A stretch of 64,000 bases of DNA, taken from Alphaproteobacteria bacterium (GTDB lineage Bacteria; Pseudomonadota; Alphaproteobacteria; CAAHEQ01; UBA3637). Within the stretch, counting starts at the first letter, position 1; each line of letters starts with the position of its first letter. The translations under genes and the position numbers were made by a program. Below the pieces are notes generated by a model. The model made no database searches and had not been told where the DNA came from. It saw only the letters and a program-made list of their open reading frames with translations. Positions 59,703 to 64,000 of this stretch are shown here, piece after piece. The stretch lies in NCBI GenBank assembly GCA_015062245.1, contig SUVA01000006.1, positions 1,753 to 65,752 of the forward strand, in the 5' to 3' direction.

Positions 59703-61181
59703 ATGGCAATGGAAGAAAATTTAGGACATGAACAACGTCAGGTTCGTTTGAACAAACTGCGTGCTTTGGAAAGTAAAGGTATCAATCCTTATCCGCATGC
59801 ATTTAAACCGACGGCAACCAGTGCGACTTTGTCCCAAAAATACGCCCAATTGCCATCGGATACCCAAACAGAAGATGTTGTTCTGGTGGCAGGGCGTGTG
59901 CGTGCCATTCGTAATTCGGGTATGTTTATGGATGTTTATGACGTGACCGGAAAAGTTCAAATTTATACTTCCAAAGAACATTCAGATTCATCCGTTTTGG
60001 AAATGCTGGATATGATTGATATCGGTGATATGATTGGTATTCAAGGAACAGTTCGCAGAACAAAACGTGGTGAGTTGTCTGTCAATACGCAACAAATTAC
60101 CATGTTGGCAAAGGCTTTGTTGCCACTTCCTGAAAAATTCCACGGTTTGACAGATACAGACACAAAGTATCGCCACCGTGAATTGGATATGATAATGAAT
60201 GATGAAACGATAAAAACCTTTATCAAACGCAGTAAAATTTATGAATCTATCCGTCAATTGTTATTATCAAAAGGATTGTTGGAGGTTGAAACACCTATAT
60301 TACAGGCAGTCAAGGGGGGCGCTGCTGCAAAACCTTTTATTACACACCATAATACATTAGATATGGATTTGTTTTTACGTGTGGCGCCGGAGCTATTTTT
60401 AAAACGTTTGGTTGTAGGGGGGCTGCCTGGTGTTTTTGAATTTGCAAAAGATTTTCGTAATGAAGGTATTGATACGACCCACAATCCTGAATTTACATGT
60501 TTGGAGTTGTATATTCCTTATATGGACTATAACGATATGGCCGATTTATTTGAAGAAATCGTTCGTAAAGCGTGTTTGGACGTGAATGGAACGTTGGAAA
60601 TTGATTATGATGGCAAACATTTTGATTTATCCCAACCTTTCGCCCGTGTGACAATGAACGATATGATTAAAAAATACACAGGCGTTGATTTTATGGCGAT
60701 TGAATCTGATGAACAGGCCAGGATAGAAGCCGAAAAATTGGCTGTTCATGTGGATGAAACAGATGATTGGGGGCATTGTATGGCGGCTGTTTTTGAAGAA
60801 AAATGTGAAGAGCATTTAATTCAACCGACCATTGTAATGGATCATCCGAAATCATTGAATCCGTTATGTAAAACGCATCGCACTGAACCACGTTTGGTGG
60901 AACAGTTTGAACCCTATATCAACGGTAAAGAAATGGGGAATGCCTATTCTGAATTGACAAATCCTTTGGATCAACGTGAACGTTTTGAAGAACAGGTTGC
61001 CGCCCGTGAAGCCGGTGATGAAGAGGCAGATATGATGGATGATGATTTTGTTCAAGCTTTGGAACATGGTTTGCCACCGACAGGCGGTATGGGAATCGGT
61101 ATAGACCGTTTGGTGATGTTTTTGACGGGCAATACATCCATTCGTGATGTTTTGGCGTTCCCGACAATGCGTAAAAAGTAA
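59703..61181 (+). CDS. lysS: Lysine--tRNA ligase, class II
   Basis: OB fold, FRNEGID..HNPEFT, GLPPTGGMGIGIDRL. Confidence 0.97.
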   Translation: MAMEENLGHEQRQVRLNKLRALESKGINPYPHAFKPTATSATLSQKYAQLPSDTQTEDVVLVAGRVRAIRNSGMFMDVYDVTGKVQIYTSKEHSDSSVLEMLDMIDIGDMIGIQGTVRRTKRGELSVNTQQITMLAKALLPLPEKFHGLTDTDTKYRHRELDMIMNDETIKTFIKRSKIYESIRQLLLSKGLLEVETPILQAVKGGAAAKPFITHHNTLDMDLFLRVAPELFLKRLVVGGLPGVFEFAKDFRNEGIDTTHNPEFTCLELYIPYMDYNDMADLFEEIVRKACLDVNGTLEIDYDGKHFDLSQPFARVTMNDMIKKYTGVDFMAIESDEQARIEAEKLAVHVDETDDWGHCMAAVFEEKCEEHLIQPTIVMDHPKSLNPLCKTHRTEPRLVEQFEPYINGKEMGNAYSELTNPLDQRERFEEQVAAREAGDEEADMMDDDFVQALEHGLPPTGGMGIGIDRLVMFLTGNTSIRDVLAFPTMRKK

Positions 61182-61242
61182 TGGTAATAAGGAAAAATGA
61201 ATAAGGTTTGAAAGTTTAAAAATATCTTTACAAGGAGGGAAA

Positions 61243-61500
61243 ATGAAAGAAGTTTTTAAAAACCTGATGAATTTGGATAAGCCGATTTTGACGAAGAAAT
61301 TGGCGCCTGCTTTAACGCCTTTTGCCCGATTGATTTACTTGATTGGTTTGATTATTTTAAGCTTGGCGTGTTTGGGGGCTTTATACCTGCTGTTTAAATT
61401 AGAGGTGTCCGAATTTTTGCTCAGTTTAATCGGTATTTGCGCCGAATTTGCATTACTTCGTATGTTTTGTGAGTATTTGGTATCCAGCGGTCGCAAATAA
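61243..61500 (+). CDS. Small two-TM hypothetical protein
   Basis: GGAGG SD, two hydrophobic helices, LRMFCE. Confidence 0.6.
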   Translation: MKEVFKNLMNLDKPILTKKLAPALTPFARLIYLIGLIILSLACLGALYLLFKLEVSEFLLSLIGICAEFALLRMFCEYLVSSGRK

Positions 61501-61505
61501 GAAAC

Positions 61506-61582
<77 letters not shown>

Positions 61583-61591
61583 GCTTTTTTT

Positions 61592-62035
61592 ATGGAGTAT
61601 CATTTGGATTTTCAGGCAACGGCTGTTTCTTATAAAAATCAGGCTGTTTTAATCACAGGTCCTTCTGGTGTTGGAAAAACAACGCTGGCTTTGCATTTGA
61701 TTGAAAAGGGTGGAAAAATTATTGGTGATGATATTGTTGAAATATTTATAAAAAACAATCAATTATTTTGCAAATCTAAATCAAAACTTAAAGGAGTTGT
61801 TGAGGTTCGTGGTTTGGGTTTAGTCAGTGGTTTAAAGGTTGCAAAACCCACCAAAGTTGCCTGTCTTATTCGTTTGCACAACCAAAAAACAGAACGGATG
61901 CCTGAAATGAAAACGATTGTTTTATTGGATAAAAAAATACCTGTTTTTGATTTTTATGCTTGCGAAACAAATTTAATTCAAGTATTATATGCCTTGAAAG
62001 TGTTAAACGGAGATTTAAATCTTTTAAAGGAGTAA
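61592..62035 (+). CDS. hprK: Short alphaproteobacterial HPr kinase
   Basis: ITGPSGVGKT, GDD, VEVRGLG; precedes EIIA and HPr. Confidence 0.85.
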   Translation: MEYHLDFQATAVSYKNQAVLITGPSGVGKTTLALHLIEKGGKIIGDDIVEIFIKNNQLFCKSKSKLKGVVEVRGLGLVSGLKVAKPTKVACLIRLHNQKTERMPEMKTIVLLDKKIPVFDFYACETNLIQVLYALKVLNGDLNLLKE

Positions 62036-62039
62036 AGTT

Positions 62040-62459
62040 GTGCTAGGTATTGTATTGGTGGGGCATAATGACTTGGCTGAATCAATGAAGTCTGTGGCCG
62101 AACATGTGGTTGGGGCTTTGCCCGATGTTGTCTGCGTTTCTGTTTTACCGACAGATGATATTGAAGAAAAACGTCAGGAAATTTTTCAAAAAATAAAACA
62201 GGTTGACAAAGGAAAAGGCGTTGTTTTATTGACAGATATGTTTGGTGGAACACCTTCTAATTTGGCTATTTCTTTAATGCAGGAAGGGAAAGTTGAGGTT
62301 ATTTCCGGAATGAATATCCCAATGATAGTTAAATTGGTTCGTATGCGCAAGAAGAAGCTGATGGATGCTGTTATTCAATCGGCTGAATCCGGACAACATT
62401 ATATAATGGTTGCTTCTGAATTTTTGGGAAAAAAGAACGATGACAAGTCAAAAAGTTAA
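62040..62459 (+). CDS. PTS EIIA, mannose/fructose family
   Basis: IVLVGH, LTDMFGGTPSN, GMNIPM. Confidence 0.92.
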   Translation: MLGIVLVGHNDLAESMKSVAEHVVGALPDVVCVSVLPTDDIEEKRQEIFQKIKQVDKGKGVVLLTDMFGGTPSNLAISLMQEGKVEVISGMNIPMIVKLVRMRKKKLMDAVIQSAESGQHYIMVASEFLGKKNDDKSKS

Positions 62460-62712
62460 AATTCAAAACGTGCGTGGCCTGCATGCTCGGGCAACGGCCG
62501 AGTTTGTAAAGTTGGCTGATACTTTTTCGGGTGAAGTATATGTCACCAATGAACAAGGTTTGCGTGTTGATGGAAAATCAATTATGGGCCTGTTGATGTT
62601 GGGGGCATCAATGGGAACGACTTTAACCATTGAAACCGAAGGTGAATCTTCGGATGAAATTTTGGAAAAATTGATAGATTTGGTCAATAATAAATTTGGG
62701 GAAGACGCATGA
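62440..62712 (+). CDS. ptsH: Phosphocarrier protein HPr/NPr
   Basis: GLHARA (His15 motif) and KSIMGLLML (Ser46 motif); ATG at 62440. Confidence 0.92.
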   Translation: MTSQKVKIQNVRGLHARATAEFVKLADTFSGEVYVTNEQGLRVDGKSIMGLLMLGASMGTTLTIETEGESSDEILEKLIDLVNNKFGEDA

Positions 62713-63206
62713 CGGATAAGTGGCAAAAAATATTGGTAGGTTTTGTTTTGGTTTGCCTGTTGGCTGTCTTATTGGCATGGGCCCATAGTGGTTCTGTTAA
62801 ACAGCAAAAAAAACAAGACTTTATTTTATATGCTTATTTTTCAAAGACAGATGGTTTAAATGTTGGTGCACCTGTGCGTTTATCGGGTTTGCCGATTGGG
62901 CGTGTTTTTGCTATGGACTTTGGTGAGGATTATATGGTGCGTGCGACTTTGGCCTTTGATAGAAAATTTGAATTGCCGATTGATACCTCTGTGTCCATTG
63001 AAACAGATGGTATTTTTGGTTCAAAACATATTGAGCTTATTCCGGGCGGTGATGAAGAATTGTTGTTGACAGGTAATACGATTGCTTATGCTCAAAATGC
63101 GTTGTTATTGGATGAATTGTTGGAAAAGTTGAATGCTTTTATGGCGAACAAGAAAAAAGATTTGAACGAAGAAAAAGGAGTTGAAAATGAAAAAGAATCC
63201 TATTGA
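62709..63206 (+). CDS. mlaD: MlaD/MCE domain protein
   Basis: DGLNVGAPVRLSGLPIGRV, ETDGIFGSKHIELIPG. Confidence 0.85.
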   Translation: MTDKWQKILVGFVLVCLLAVLLAWAHSGSVKQQKKQDFILYAYFSKTDGLNVGAPVRLSGLPIGRVFAMDFGEDYMVRATLAFDRKFELPIDTSVSIETDGIFGSKHIELIPGGDEELLLTGNTIAYAQNALLLDELLEKLNAFMANKKKDLNEEKGVENEKESY

Positions 63207-63630
63207 AACAATTTTAGGTTTTTGTGTTTTAATCTTTGCCGTTGTGTTTATGTTTTATGCGGCGGGCAGGGTGGATACACGTCAAGTGGAAGGCTATCAC
63301 GTTTGGGCTAATTTTTCAAAAATCGGTGGCTTACAGGTTGGGTCGGATGTGATGATTTCCGGTATTAAAGTCGGAACGGTTATGAAAACACAGTTGAATC
63401 AAGATGATTATACGGCCGACGTTTTGTTGAGTATCAATTCAAATGTGAATTTACCGATTGATACGGTGGCAGCCATTGCCGATGCCGGTTTAATGGGGGA
63501 TAAGTATGTGCGTTTGGAACCCGGTAAAAGCCGTGCCTTGTTAAAAGAGGGTAGCAAAATGTTGAATACCAAAAACTATAAATCTTTGGAAGATAACGTT
63601 TCAGAATTTATCTTTTTATCCACAAAGTAG
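63187..63630 (+). CDS. mlaD: MlaD/MCE domain protein
   Basis: GGLQVGSDVMISGIKVGTV, GLMGDKYVRLEPG. Confidence 0.88.
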   Translation: MKKNPIETILGFCVLIFAVVFMFYAAGRVDTRQVEGYHVWANFSKIGGLQVGSDVMISGIKVGTVMKTQLNQDDYTADVLLSINSNVNLPIDTVAAIADAGLMGDKYVRLEPGKSRALLKEGSKMLNTKNYKSLEDNVSEFIFLSTK

Positions 63631-63636
63631 GCGATT

Positions 63637-64000
63637 ATGAAAAAACTGTTTTTTCTTTTGATTTTATGGGTTCTTCCCGTTTTTAGTGCTACAATACCAA
63701 CGGATTCTGTTATTTTACAGGCAATGGATAAAGTAACAGGACGGGTGAAAGAATTGTCTTTGCCTGTTGGTGCCAGTATTGATTTTGGCGAATTGACCAT
63801 TACGGTGGATAAATGTTTGACAAAAACGCCCGAAGAAACACCCGAAAATGCGGCCTTTTTAAGGATTACACAAGAAGATAAAGAACTTTTTTCGGGATGG
63901 ATGTTTTCTTCCAATCCGGCCATATCGGCTATGGAAGATCCGGTGTATGATATTTGGGTTGTTTCATGTGTTTATGAAACACCGATTTTGGATGAAGAAG
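63637..64000 (+). CDS. DUF2155 family protein, runs off the window end
   Basis: My translation: QAMDKVTGR...FSGWMFSSNPAISAMEDPVYDIWVVSC; absent from the supplied track because it has no stop. Confidence 0.8.
   Translation, partial: MKKLFFLLILWVLPVFSATIPTDSVILQAMDKVTGRVKELSLPVGASIDFGELTITVDKCLTKTPEETPENAAFLRITQEDKELFSGWMFSSNPAISAMEDPVYDIWVVSCVYETPILDEE

Noticed and set aside
62709-63630. Tandem mlaD genes as unusual
   Set aside because: Paired MlaD genes followed by DUF2155 are an ordinary alphaproteobacterial arrangement as far as I know

Overview
AT-rich chromosomal window from an alphaproteobacterium (GcrA, FzlA, LpxI, DUF2155 and the hprK-EIIA-HPr cluster point there; a host- or gut-associated lifestyle is my inference). 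The housekeeping backbone is rseP-bamA-skp-lpxD-lpxA-lpxI-lpxB, trkA-mfd, rho, accD-ihfB, a complete N-type ATPase operon (atpDCQRBEFAG), rmuC, argS, glgB/glgX, polA, gcrA, nth, xseB, recO-era-rnc-lepB, lysS, PTS genes, two mlaD, tRNA-Lys(TTT) and tRNA-Arg(CCT). Single orphan genes are interspersed. Main candidates for new biology: (1) a duplicated ~200-nt leader (promoter, SD, 25-codon peptide with a 17-nt AC tract, two hairpins). In both copies one extra AC unit would send the ribosome through the terminator-like hairpin, suggesting a slippage-controlled attenuator. (2) The type IV pilin-like gene behind one copy ends in a GC-shifted, NNC-rich segment resembling a diversity-generating retroelement (DGR) variable region; I found no reverse transcriptase or template in the window. 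(3) Two ~1.18-kb single-gene cassettes stacked at tRNA-Lys, with no integrase. (4) Orphan ADP-ribosyltransferase-like ORFs and other orphans with basic C-terminal tails, plus a lone PilT/DotB-like ATPase. (5) A structured leader RNA that can mask the ribosome-binding site of a SLOG-family gene. I found no rRNA, CRISPR array, transposase, integrase or reverse transcriptase. All calls are by eye from motifs; no database searches were run.
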